From NCBI GenBank assembly GCA_964545395.1, contig CAZJFX010000007.1:13615-77614 (forward strand): a stretch of DNA of 64,000 nt. The letters are read 5' to 3'. This stretch comes from an uncultured Gemmatimonadaceae bacterium. GTDB lineage: Bacteria > Gemmatimonadota > Gemmatimonadetes > Longimicrobiales > Gaopeijiaceae. Position 1 is the first letter of the stretch, and every line of letters begins with the position of its first letter. Positions 38,190 to 47,547 of this stretch are shown one piece after another. The notes under the pieces are model-generated. The model ran no database searches. It had not been told where the DNA came from and saw only the letters and a list, made by a program, of their open reading frames with translations. A program made the translations under genes and the position numbers.

Positions 38190-40340
38190 CTACTTCAGCG
38201 CAGACGCGTCCGGGCGATAGCGCCGCTGCGCCGCCTTCTCCACATCCTTACGGGTGAAGCGCACCGTCTTCATCTGCCCGCGGGCGAACATGGCCGCCTG
38301 GTCGTCGTAGTAAGGGTGATCTTCCTGGTTGCTCTGGCCGTACGCCAGCACGGTGTACGCGCGGGGGATTTCCCCGAACTCCACCGCAAGCACCCACGCA
38401 TCGCCGGTGTGGGCGGCGAAGCGGCCCGAAGGATCAGGCCCGAAGGAGAGCGTGCGGAAGCAGCCGAGGGTGCCAGGACACCCGGAGACGGGCTCGTCCA
38501 CCTTGCCGCGTATGACCCGGAACGCGTCGCCCCACTTCATGTCGTAGGACCACCCGCGCTCGTCCATCCACGCCACGGCGGCGGCGAACGCCGACATGGC
38601 CTCGTCGGGAGAGCCGATCCCCACGGGGGTCTCCATGGGACGCTCGGGCGTCCACGGCTCCCTGAAGAAGCGGGCCGTGTCGATGACCTGGCGGTACTGG
38701 TTCTGCCAGGCGTAGAAGAGGACGCCGCCCCGGCTCTCGGCGGCGGCGGTGCGGTCCCACCTCTCGAGGGCGCGGAGCGCCTGGGCGGGCTTGCCGTCGT
38801 TGGCGGTGCCGGACCGCTTGATGGCAGTGAGGAGCTCATCCATGACGCGCTCGGCCACGAGCATGCGCGGCGAGTGCTTGAGCGTCACCATGTCCTCGAG
38901 GCTGAGCTTGGCGTCGCCGTGGACCAGGGTGAGGGACATCTGGCTCCTGGGCCTGAGCCGGACGGGCTCGACGTTGGGCGGCACCGTGTCCCGGTCCATG
39001 GGGACGTTCAGGTTGGTGTAGTCCGGCGAGTCGTTGGTCTGCGTGATGTATCCGCCCTTGGGGTTGATGTAGAGGGGATGATCCTCGAAGGGATACACCT
39101 CCTTCCAGATCTCGGCGGACGTGCGGGCGAAGTAGAAGCTGTCTGGCGTGAGCGGGTGGGGAAGGCGGGGCATGCGCCCGTTGTAGTAGTGGACGATGTT
39201 CCCGGCCGCGTCGGCGTAGGTGAAGTTGGAGCTCGAGTGTGCGCGCAGCTTCATGACCTCGAGCCAATCCTCCAGCGACGTGCTCATCATCATGCGGAGG
39301 AACTGCTCGCCACGCCGGAACTCGCCGAAGCTCGGGTTCTTCACGAAGTAGATCCGGCCGTCGCCCTGATGGAGCACCGGGCCGAAGCCGGTGTGCCAGG
39401 ACGAGCGGGTCTCGGTGGCGATCCCTCCGTCCTCGGTCCTGTACTCGACGGTGATCCTGCGCTCCTGGAGGGCATGGGAGCGGCCGTCGAGGACGTAGGC
39501 GTTCTCCCGTTCTGGGTCGGCTTCGAGAGCGTAGATCTGTGACATCACGGGCGCGTTGTTCGTGGTGGCGAACCCGAGGTGACGGTTGAACCCGCCAACC
39601 GTGCCGAACGCGCTGCCGATTCGGAAGTCGCCGTAGAAGTCCACGAGGCCGGGGACGATGACGTGGGCCTCGTAGTAGCCCGCGGTCCAGCTCAAGTGGG
39701 GGTTGCGCAGCAGGATCGCCTTGCCCGACTTGGTGCGCGTCCCGTCGAAGGCCCAGGCGTTGGAGCCGTCCAACATCTCCAACTCCTCCTGCTCATCTCG
39801 CGGTGGCGCGCCGCCCCTGGCCCGCTGGAGAGTACGGATGAACCGTTCGGCACCTCCCGCTCCGAACCCCTGCACCTCCCGGGCGTGGGCGTCGAGTCCT
39901 GTCCATACGGGCTCGATCCAGGCGGGGAACTCACTGCGATGGAGGCGCACGTAGTGACGGACGCCGGCTGCGAATCCTTCGTAGACCGCCCGGGTCTCGG
40001 GCCTGAGCTGCGGCCAGGTGGTCACGGCGTAGGTGTGGTCCTCGCGGGCGCTGAAATCACCGCCGATGGAGTCGCGGCCGGTGTAGAGCCCGTACTCGCC
40101 GCGCGCCCTCACCATGTTCAGGGCGATGACGGCGCCGTAGTCCTCGAGTTCGGCCCAGGCCAGGCCGAAGCCCATGGCCTGGAGATCCTGTGCGTAGATG
40201 TGGGGGATGCCGTACTCGGTCCGGATGATCTCCACCCGCACGGCCACGGCGGCCTCGGCGGCGGAGTCCACGGGGATCGGGGGGAGCTCGGTGGGGGGAG
40301 TGGAAGCCGAAAGGGCCAGGGCAGTCAGAAGCGTGAGCAT
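38190..40340 (-). CDS. Penicillin-acylase-family Ntn hydrolase (possible acyl-homoserine-lactone/beta-lactam acylase)
   Basis: The mature N-terminus is IIRTEYGIPHIYAQDLQAMGFGLAWAELED. The nucleophile site is LDGSNAWAF. The start is taken at MLTLLTALAL (ATG at 40338-40340). Confidence 0.8.
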   Translation of the reverse strand: MLTLLTALALSASTPPTELPPIPVDSAAEAAVAVRVEIIRTEYGIPHIYAQDLQAMGFGLAWAELEDYGAVIALNMVRARGEYGLYTGRDSIGGDFSAREDHTYAVTTWPQLRPETRAVYEGFAAGVRHYVRLHRSEFPAWIEPVWTGLDAHAREVQGFGAGGAERFIRTLQRARGGAPPRDEQEELEMLDGSNAWAFDGTRTKSGKAILLRNPHLSWTAGYYEAHVIVPGLVDFYGDFRIGSAFGTVGGFNRHLGFATTNNAPVMSQIYALEADPERENAYVLDGRSHALQERRITVEYRTEDGGIATETRSSWHTGFGPVLHQGDGRIYFVKNPSFGEFRRGEQFLRMMMSTSLEDWLEVMKLRAHSSSNFTYADAAGNIVHYYNGRMPRLPHPLTPDSFYFARTSAEIWKEVYPFEDHPLYINPKGGYITQTNDSPDYTNLNVPMDRDTVPPNVEPVRLRPRSQMSLTLVHGDAKLSLEDMVTLKHSPRMLVAERVMDELLTAIKRSGTANDGKPAQALRALERWDRTAAAESRGGVLFYAWQNQYRQVIDTARFFREPWTPERPMETPVGIGSPDEAMSAFAAAVAWMDERGWSYDMKWGDAFRVIRGKVDEPVSGCPGTLGCFRTLSFGPDPSGRFAAHTGDAWVLAVEFGEIPRAYTVLAYGQSNQEDHPYYDDQAAMFARGQMKTVRFTRKDVEKAAQRRYRPDASALK

Positions 40341-40436
40341 GGAAACCTGCCGCAAGAGCTTGGGTGATTGTGCCTCCAATCTCGGGGCGCTCCACGCTGC
40401 GGGCCAGGATGTCCGGCCCGTCTGCCTCGCGTGGGC

Positions 40437-40871
40437 TCAGGCGATGTTGGGCTTCCAGCGCCGGAGCACGCCGTCCACGATGTCCACCAGCTCCGTGAAG
40501 TCGGTGGGCTTCACCTTCACCTCGCGGGCGCCCAGGGCAAAAGCCTGGACAGCTACCGCCCGGTCGGTGTTGGAGGTGAAGACCACCACGGGGGTCATCG
40601 CCCATGGCTCGGGACGGGTCTCCAGCCAGCGGAGGAAGCCGAGGCCGTCCATCCCGGGGAGCCCGATGTCCAGAATGACGACGTTGGGGTAGGGGTGACC
40701 GGCGCGGTCGTCGAAGGGCCACCGCCCAAGGAGGTAGTCCATGGCCTCCTCGCTGGATCCGGTGACGTGCACGAAGCACGGAAAGCCCCGGTAGGCGAAG
40801 GCCGCCTGGATGAGAGCGGCGTGATCAGAGTCGTCCTCGACCACGAGGACGACGAAGGAGGAGGCCGGCAT
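40437..40871 (-). CDS. Stand-alone response-regulator receiver domain protein
   Basis: VLVVEDDSDHAALI...VVILDIGLPGMDGLGFL...VVVFTSN...GAREVKVKP. There is no output domain. Confidence 0.8.
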   Translation of the reverse strand: MPASSFVVLVVEDDSDHAALIQAAFAYRGFPCFVHVTGSSEEAMDYLLGRWPFDDRAGHPYPNVVILDIGLPGMDGLGFLRWLETRPEPWAMTPVVVFTSNTDRAVAVQAFALGAREVKVKPTDFTELVDIVDGVLRRWKPNIA

Positions 40872-41039
40872 ATCCAGTAATATTCACCCTCTGAGCGTGT
40901 CCGTCACTCTCAATTCGGTACGTTCGCACCCGCGGGCCCCGGGCGCCGCAGGTGTGTCGGAGGCTCGTGGAACGCCGTGCCCCGCCTGTACATTCCAGCG
41001 GGGCGTCGGGGCGTGATGGGAGTCTCGAGGGAGGGCGCG

Positions 41040-42239
41040 ATGGCCATGTCGAAGACGGGACGCGGCTGGGTCCTCGCTCTATCGCTGGCGGCTGCCGGGT
41101 GCGGGGGTGGCGAGGGGAGCACCGCTCCGGAGGCGGTGACGCTGAAGGTCACCCCCGCCGTGGCCCTGGCGGTGGGCGTGGGGGACACGGTCCGCTTCAC
41201 CGCAGAGGTGAGGGGCGCGGCCGAGCTCCCGCTTCCCGGCGCGTCGGTGAGCTGGCGGTCGGCCAACACCGCGGTGGCCACGGTGGACGCCCAGGGGCGT
41301 GCGGTGGCGGTAGCGTCGGGCACCACCACCGTGACGGCGAGCAGCGGGGGCGGGTCGGGCACGGCGAGCCTGGAGGTCTGGGTCCCACTCAACGTCACCT
41401 CGTACCAGCCGGGCACGAGCTACTTCGGGCGCCAGTCGTATGTGGAGTACGTCCCCGGAGAGCTTCCGCTCATCCTGTCGGCGGCCCACGGGGGCGCGCT
41501 CACGCCGGCGGAGATCCCGGACCGCACTTCGGGGACCACGGTGACGGACACGAATTCAGGGGAGACGCTCCTGGCCGTGCGGGAGGCCCTGGTGGAGCGC
41601 ACGGGTAAGGCGCCCCACGTGGTGATCTCCCACCTGAGGCGCACCAAGCTGGACCCCAACCGGGAGATCGTGGAAGCCGCCGCCGGGAACCCCTTCGCCG
41701 AGAACGCGTGGCACGAGTTCCACGCCTATCTCGAGGTCGCGTCGGCCACGGTGACGAAGACGTACGGATCGGGCTGCTACCTCGACATCCACGGACACGG
41801 GCACGCCATCGCGCGGGCGGAGCTGGGCTACCTCCTCAGCTCCACGCAGCTCAACCGCACCGACGCCGAGATCAACGCCCAGGGCCTCGCGGCGCAGAGC
41901 AGTATCCGCGCCCTGGCCGCCTCGTCTCCCCTCCCGTTCGCCCAGCTCCTGCGGGGGAGCACGAGCCTGGGCGGCCTCATGCAGGGGCAGGGGATCCGCT
42001 CGGTGCCCAGCCCAGGGGACCCGTCACCGGGGAGCGCGGAGTACTTCACCGGGGGATACAACACCCGGCGCCACGGCTCCCTCGCGGCGGGACGGACGGT
42101 GAGCGGCGTCCAGGTCGAGCTGCCCTTCCCCGGGATCCGCGACACCGACGCCAACCGCCGAACCTTCGGCCACGCGCTGGCCACGGCGGTGGAGGCATAC
42201 ATGACCGAGCACTTCGGCTTCTTCAGGACGCCCCGGTGA
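41040..42239 (+). CDS. Lipoprotein with Big_2 (Ig-like) domain and N-formylglutamate-amidohydrolase-like domain
   Basis: The lipobox is LALSLAAAGCGG. The Big_2 pattern is VGDTVRFTAEV...SWRSANTAVATVDAQGRAVAVASGTTTVTAS. The FGase-like part is LILSAAHGG...VISHLRRTKLDPNRE...LDIHGHGH. Confidence 0.55.
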   Translation: MAMSKTGRGWVLALSLAAAGCGGGEGSTAPEAVTLKVTPAVALAVGVGDTVRFTAEVRGAAELPLPGASVSWRSANTAVATVDAQGRAVAVASGTTTVTASSGGGSGTASLEVWVPLNVTSYQPGTSYFGRQSYVEYVPGELPLILSAAHGGALTPAEIPDRTSGTTVTDTNSGETLLAVREALVERTGKAPHVVISHLRRTKLDPNREIVEAAAGNPFAENAWHEFHAYLEVASATVTKTYGSGCYLDIHGHGHAIARAELGYLLSSTQLNRTDAEINAQGLAAQSSIRALAASSPLPFAQLLRGSTSLGGLMQGQGIRSVPSPGDPSPGSAEYFTGGYNTRRHGSLAAGRTVSGVQVELPFPGIRDTDANRRTFGHALATAVEAYMTEHFGFFRTPR

Positions 42240-43015
42240 CGCCGCTGCTGGACGCCCACGCCCATGTGGACCAGTTCGGCGACGCATGGCCGGCGGCGCT
42301 GGAGCAGATCCGCGCCCGGCGCATCGTCACGCTGGCCGTTTCCATGAACCCGGCGTCGTGGGAGGTGACGCGGCAGCTCGCCGCGCTCGAGCCGCTCCTC
42401 GTTCCCGCGTTCGGGATCCACCCGTGGGAGGCGCCGGCCTGGCACCGCCGCCTCGGCGAAGTGGAACCGTTCCTCGCCGCCGCACCCATGCTGGGGGAAG
42501 TGGGGCTGGACCGCCGCTTCGTGAAGGACCCGGGGGCCTGGGGCCCCCAGGAGGAGGTGTTCGCGTTCTTCCTTGCCGCCGCCCGGCGCACGGAGAAGCT
42601 CCTCAACCTGCACACCTCCGGGGCGGAGGCGCGGGTGGCCGAGCTCCAGGCCGAGCACGGGGTGGAGCGGATGGTAATCCATTGGTACAACGGCCCCATG
42701 CGCCCCCTGGCCGCGCTGGCCGAGATGGGCGCGTTCTTCACCGTGGGCGTGGAGCTTCTGGTCTCGGAGCGCATCGCCAAGGTGGCGCGGCGCATCCCCC
42801 TGGACCGGCTCCTGGTGGAGACCGACAACCCGGGAGGTTGGGCCTGGCTCACCGGGGAGCCAGGGATGCCGGCCCTCCTGGAGCGGGTGGTGGCGCGCCT
42901 GGCGGAGGTGCGCCGGCTGGCGCCGGACGAGCTCGGGGGGGTCTTGGAGGGTAACGCGCGGGCTCTCTTGGAGGCGGCCGGCGTCACGGGGCCCCTCGAG
43001 CCTCACGTAGGGTGA
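42236..43015 (+). CDS. TatD-family metal-dependent hydrolase
   Basis: VTPLLDAHAHVDQF...GIHPWE...GEVGLDR...LHTSGA...IHWYNG...VETDNP. The GTG start overlaps the upstream stop as GTGA. Confidence 0.7.
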   Translation: MTPLLDAHAHVDQFGDAWPAALEQIRARRIVTLAVSMNPASWEVTRQLAALEPLLVPAFGIHPWEAPAWHRRLGEVEPFLAAAPMLGEVGLDRRFVKDPGAWGPQEEVFAFFLAAARRTEKLLNLHTSGAEARVAELQAEHGVERMVIHWYNGPMRPLAALAEMGAFFTVGVELLVSERIAKVARRIPLDRLLVETDNPGGWAWLTGEPGMPALLERVVARLAEVRRLAPDELGGVLEGNARALLEAAGVTGPLEPHVG

Positions 43016-43061
43016 GGTTCCACGTTGGAGGCCCGGGCGCCATGGCGCCATGAAGGTCGGA

Positions 43062-43514
43062 TCAGGGCAGGCGCTTGCAGGTGCCGCCGGCTAACCCCCT
43101 TCCCAGCGGGGAAGCGCCGGCGCGGGCGTCGAGATCGATCTCATGCGTCTCACCATTCACCACGGCGGTGGCGGTATCGTCGCCGTCGAACGTGATCACC
43201 ACGGTGACGTCACGCCTCTCGTCGCCGTTGGGTCCGTTGACCACGCTCACCTTCGTCGTGCGCGTGATCCTGCCCGAGAGGGGGTACTTCTTGTCGGATC
43301 CCGGCACCGGGATGACCACGTTCTCCTGCGTGAACGCCCCGTCCATGTCGTAGGAGGTATCGGTCCCGTCGTCCAGAGTTCGGCTCCGCTCGATGGCCTC
43401 GGACCCGGTCCCGTTGACGGTCCGGGTGGCCTCCACCGGGTCCCAGGCCGAGGCCACCGTGCACGAAGGCGAACGGCGTGCGGGCGAGGGTGATATCCTC
43501 CAGGGTCGCATCAC
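43062..43514 (-). CDS. Hypothetical protein (possibly 5'-damaged lipoprotein)
   Basis: The C-terminal two thirds have coding character (acidic, beta-rich). No convincing signal peptide or start context is present. Confidence 0.3.
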   Translation of the reverse strand: MMRPWRISPSPARRSPSCTVASAWDPVEATRTVNGTGSEAIERSRTLDDGTDTSYDMDGAFTQENVVIPVPGSDKKYPLSGRITRTTKVSVVNGPNGDERRDVTVVITFDGDDTATAVVNGETHEIDLDARAGASPLGRGLAGGTCKRLP

Positions 43515-43652
43515 CCGCCGCGAGGGTCAGGGGGAGCGGCGACCTGGGAACGGGATGGGCACTCCCGAGTAGTCTGGCGGACGACGGGGTGCTTACGCGC
43601 CCGAGACCGCTCGGGGGCGACCCCGCCCGAATCCCGTCCGGAGGGACCCATC

Positions 43653-43862
43653 ATGGACAAGATCCTGCCTCGCAACGAGCACACGGTGGAGCGCGCCGTC
43701 CGTGTGGTCATCGGCATCGGCCTGCTGGCCATCGTGTTCGTCGGCCCCAAGACTCCCTGGGGCTACCTGGGGATCATCCCCCTCGTCACCGGGCTCGTCG
43801 GGAGCTGCCCCCTGTACACGCTCTGCGGGTTCAGCACCTGCCCGATGAAGAAAGAGAGTTGA
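43653..43862 (+). CDS. DUF2892 (YgaP-like) small membrane protein
   Basis: ERAVRVVIGIGLLAIVFVGPKTPWGYLGIIPLVTGLVGSCPLYTLCGFSTC. Confidence 0.7.
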   Translation: MDKILPRNEHTVERAVRVVIGIGLLAIVFVGPKTPWGYLGIIPLVTGLVGSCPLYTLCGFSTCPMKKES

Positions 43863-43864
43863 AC

Positions 43865-44884
43865 CTACCGGGGCCTCACGAAGACGGGCTGGGTCCAGGC
43901 GTGGGAACCGCCTGAGTCGGTGACCCGCGCGCGGACGTAGCCCACGTCCTCACGGAGTTCGTAAAGGGCTGGGTTGGCTCCCGAGCGTGCGAGCTCGCGG
44001 CCGCCGGCTCCGATGAAGACGGTGGTGTAGCGGAAGTCACCCTTCGGCTCGATGTGGACCTCCAGCCGCCCCGGTGACACGCGCACGTCGGCGAGCGTCA
44101 CGCCCGTGCTGGCGTAGAAGCCGCCCGCCTCGAGCGCCTCCATGAGCGCCGCGGGCTCCAGCGCCGCGGCCCTCACCGACACCCAGCCACGTCCCGGGTT
44201 GGCCCGGTCGCGGGCGAACTCGCCCTGGAAATGATGGGCGTCGTCGGTGGCGATCCCGTAGATGCGCTTTCCCCTCGTGAGGAGCGAGTCCCACACCGCC
44301 TCCATCCCCGGCCGGTCTCCGCCACCCTCGTTGTGGACCAGGGGGTGCCCGTTGAAGATCTCCAGGAGGCGGTCCCGCTCCACCTGCGCCAGCTCGGCGA
44401 CGCCGAAGGCCCACCGGAAATTGGGGTGGTTCACGTGGGGGACGCCCTCCGCTTCCCGGACCGCGTCCACGTTGGCCTGGATGGTCCCCACCAGGGTTTC
44501 CGCCGTGCGGTGCTCCACCACGCCCTTGAGGTTGAGGCCGTTCACGTGCACGGGGAGCTTCTCGAAGCTCGAGCTGAGCTCCTCGCCGGGGACGAGAAGG
44601 AAGGTGGAGTCCACCAGCTCGGAGAGAGTGGCCGGGTCGGTGAAGACGTCGTGGTCGGAGAGGACCAGGAAGTCGTATCCGTGGTCCTTGTACCACCGAG
44701 CGACGACCTCGGGCGGCGAGTCGCCGTCGCTCTCGGTGGTGTGGGCGTGGGTGTTTCCCTTGTACCAGGCCCCCTCCACCGCCGCAGGAACTTCGAATTG
44801 CACCGCCGGGGGGGATGACTCCTCCACGGTGCAGGCCGCGGCGGCCAGCGCCAGGACGGCCAGGGGAAGAGTGGCGTGCTTCAT
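43865..44884 (-). CDS. PHP-domain (CehA/McbA-like) metallophosphoesterase, lipoprotein
   Basis: The lipobox is LAVLALAAAACT. The PHP motifs are KGNTHAHTTESDGDSPPEVV...YDFLVLSDHD...HVNHPNF...IATDDAHH. The ATG overlaps the M28 stop as ATGA. Confidence 0.7.
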   Translation of the reverse strand: MKHATLPLAVLALAAAACTVEESSPPAVQFEVPAAVEGAWYKGNTHAHTTESDGDSPPEVVARWYKDHGYDFLVLSDHDVFTDPATLSELVDSTFLLVPGEELSSSFEKLPVHVNGLNLKGVVEHRTAETLVGTIQANVDAVREAEGVPHVNHPNFRWAFGVAELAQVERDRLLEIFNGHPLVHNEGGGDRPGMEAVWDSLLTRGKRIYGIATDDAHHFQGEFARDRANPGRGWVSVRAAALEPAALMEALEAGGFYASTGVTLADVRVSPGRLEVHIEPKGDFRYTTVFIGAGGRELARSGANPALYELREDVGYVRARVTDSGGSHAWTQPVFVRPR

Positions 44885-47547
44885 CGGGGCTCCGAGGATG
44901 CGGTCGTGGGTGGAAGGGTATCGGGTGGCGCGGGGGAGGAGGCCGGCAGGGCGGCTGCGGCCTCGAGTTGGGCTGCCGTCTCCAGAGGGAACGGCGGTGG
45001 CCCCGGGATGATGACCAGGGAGCCGGCCGGGGAGCGGAGCACCGCACGGTCACTGAGCCAGGTGATGTCGGGAGCGAGCTCCGGCGGACGCTGGAAGGGC
45101 TCATCACCCACGATCTCGTCGGGCCTGAAGAGGTGCTCCACCACGTCCATCTCCAGGGCCCGGCCGGCTGGGATCTCCAGGTCGAGGACGACCACGGGAT
45201 CGGGCTGCCCCCAGTGCTCGGCCAGCGAGGGCCGGTCCGGGGTGGGCAGGGATCGCCCGTTGAGGGCGACGAGGCGGGTACCCCCTCCCTCCGCGAAGCG
45301 GAACTGCAGCAGCTCGGCACCCACCGCCGACAGCACCGCGAGGCGCAGGTGGCGGGTATCGCCCCATGTGGTGTCGGAGAGGGCCCACACCTCGGGCTTG
45401 CGGATACCCTTCACCGGCGCGGGAGCCACCCTGGGCCGACGGCTCCCGAAGCCGAACCCCGCCAGGTCCCGGGTCTCGGCGAACGCCGCACCCGCTTTCT
45501 GGACGGCCCACGCCCCGGCCGCCGAGTCCACCGCCTCCTGGCTCGCATCGGTGATCCAGAGGGCCTCACCAGAGCCGTGGTCGAATGCGTACACCAGGGT
45601 CGAAGGTGCAGGCGCCCGGGAGTCCGGAGCTGCGGCGCGGATGCCGACGCCGAGGCACGCCCCCCCCACCGCCAGCGCCGTCAGCGGTGCCCACCAGGGG
45701 TTGGGCTCCCGGAGCGCGTCGAGGGCGGGGAGGAGCAGGAGGAGCGCGACCACGGCGTATCCGCCGAGGAGCGCCGCCGCCCGGAAGCTCAGCCCCAGCC
45801 AGAGGAACTCACCGAGGGGCACGAGGAGCGCCAGCACCGGGAGGGCCAGCGCAAGCAGGAGGAGCCAGACCAGCGTGCGCGCCCACCCGCGGGCTCGGAA
45901 GGACGAAGCGCCCACGGCCAGGTAGGCGGCGAAGAGCGGTACCTGCAGGCTGGCCGCGGCCGCCGGCCAGCGGAAGGACACGAAGGCCATGGCCGCCAGC
46001 GGCGCCAACAGCGCGCCCCATGCCAGCTCGGCCATGACGAAGCGGCGGCGCCCGAGGCCGAAGAGCGCGGTGACCAGGGCCAGGCCGGCGGCGACGAGCG
46101 CCGAGACGTACCACCCCTCGTGGTGGAACGTGCTCCCCTGGAGGGATCCGAACTCGGGGTGGAAGCGGGGGAGCCAGCGCAGGAGCCCCCACCCGGCTGC
46201 AGCGCCGAGGGGGATGGAGACGAGAGACAGGACGAAGCCCGTGACGATCCCGCCCCACCCGGACGAGGCGTTGCGGACGGGGAGGAGGACCACGAGGGCC
46301 AGGACCAGGACCAGCGCTGCCAGGGGAAGGGTGAACGCCTGGTCGAAGACCACCAGGCCGAGGGCGGGGACCGTGAAGTACGTGACGTCGGGTGCCTTCA
46401 CCTCGCCCAGGGGCTGGTTGCCCAGGTAACGCGCCAGGGCGAGGGCGCTGGCGCCCTCGTGCTGCAGCGTGGCCTCGGAGATGTTCTCCGGGCTGTCGTA
46501 GCTCTGGTGGTAGAGCGATGCCCGCCCGACGGCGGCGAAGTTCAGCCCCTGCCGCCCCGCTTCCCGGAACGGGGTGAAGTCGGTGTCGTTGGGCATGCTC
46601 TTGTAGACTTCGTACGACAGGGAGTTGGCGAAGGGGAGAGCGCCGCTGGCCGCCAGCGCCCGCACGATCCAGCCGTTTTCCGCGCCGGTCTCGAACATGA
46701 TGGAGGGACCGCCGCCGCCTCTCATCTCCAGGGAGATCACCACGCGTACGTCGGCCATGGCCGGGTGCTCGGCCACGAAGGCCCGGGCGCCCAGGAGCCC
46801 CAACTCCTCCGAGTCGGTGAGGAGGAGGAGGACGTCGTTGCGCAGAGGCGCGCCGGCTTCCAGGGCGCGGACCGTCTCCAGGATGGACACGACGCCGAAG
46901 CCGTCGTCGGCGGCGGCCCTGGCGATCTCGCGGCCGTCGTAGTGGGCGGTGAACACGAGGGTGCCCGAGGACGCCGTTCCCGGGATGCGAGCCACGATGT
47001 TGCGCACCGTCGCCGCCCGCACGAAGTCCCCTTGGCCCACGAGGGAGGTGGCCGTCTGCACCTCGGGCTCCAGCCCCAGGGCCCTCAGGCGCTCCAGGAG
47101 GTAGTCGCGTACCTGGGTGTGCGCCGGGGAGCCGGTGGGGTGGGGTCGTCGGGCGATCTCCACGAGGTGCGTCATGGCGCGCGCCGACGAGAACGTCGTA
47201 TCGGGAGCGTTGGCCGGCATCGGGGCCGGGAGGGTCCGGTATCCGCTGGTGACCCAACCCGCGAGGAGGAGGGCGGCCAGCATGGCCGTCCCCCGCCATG
47301 TGCTGGGCGGGCCTTCGGGCTGCCGCGGCCTGGGCTCCGCTTTCGCCTTGGGCTCTTTGTCCTTCGCCTCCGTCTTCGGCTCCTGCGGGGGCTGGCCCTT
47401 GGGTGGACTCGGGGCTTCCCCCAGGAGCGCTGTCATCTCCTTCTCGGACAGCTCCGGCTTCTCGTTCCGGGAGTACTCCTCCAAGTCTTTCTTGCTGATC
47501 CCGAGCTCGTCGTCGGAGGGGAGCTCGGGGATCTTGTAGTCGGTCAT
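44881..47547 (-). CDS. Membrane-anchored M28-family aminopeptidase with multi-TM C-terminal half
   Basis: The M28 core reads LVFTAHYDGREIARAAADDGFGVVSILETVRAL...LLLLTDSEELGLLGA...VISLEMRGGGGP. It is followed by about 8 TM helices. The N-terminal cytoplasmic stretch is Lys/Glu/Pro-rich. Confidence 0.75.
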   Translation of the reverse strand: MTDYKIPELPSDDELGISKKDLEEYSRNEKPELSEKEMTALLGEAPSPPKGQPPQEPKTEAKDKEPKAKAEPRPRQPEGPPSTWRGTAMLAALLLAGWVTSGYRTLPAPMPANAPDTTFSSARAMTHLVEIARRPHPTGSPAHTQVRDYLLERLRALGLEPEVQTATSLVGQGDFVRAATVRNIVARIPGTASSGTLVFTAHYDGREIARAAADDGFGVVSILETVRALEAGAPLRNDVLLLLTDSEELGLLGARAFVAEHPAMADVRVVISLEMRGGGGPSIMFETGAENGWIVRALAASGALPFANSLSYEVYKSMPNDTDFTPFREAGRQGLNFAAVGRASLYHQSYDSPENISEATLQHEGASALALARYLGNQPLGEVKAPDVTYFTVPALGLVVFDQAFTLPLAALVLVLALVVLLPVRNASSGWGGIVTGFVLSLVSIPLGAAAGWGLLRWLPRFHPEFGSLQGSTFHHEGWYVSALVAAGLALVTALFGLGRRRFVMAELAWGALLAPLAAMAFVSFRWPAAAASLQVPLFAAYLAVGASSFRARGWARTLVWLLLLALALPVLALLVPLGEFLWLGLSFRAAALLGGYAVVALLLLLPALDALREPNPWWAPLTALAVGGACLGVGIRAAAPDSRAPAPSTLVYAFDHGSGEALWITDASQEAVDSAAGAWAVQKAGAAFAETRDLAGFGFGSRRPRVAPAPVKGIRKPEVWALSDTTWGDTRHLRLAVLSAVGAELLQFRFAEGGGTRLVALNGRSLPTPDRPSLAEHWGQPDPVVVLDLEIPAGRALEMDVVEHLFRPDEIVGDEPFQRPPELAPDITWLSDRAVLRSPAGSLVIIPGPPPFPLETAAQLEAAAALPASSPAPPDTLPPTTASSEPR

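Noticed and set aside
43036-43049. Perfect 14-bp palindrome GGCGCCATGGCGCC between the convergent TatD-like and hypothetical genes.
   Set aside because: It is short and loop-less, made of nested NarI/NcoI-type palindromes, and could arise by chance in GC-rich DNA. There is no U-tract and no second copy to support a function.
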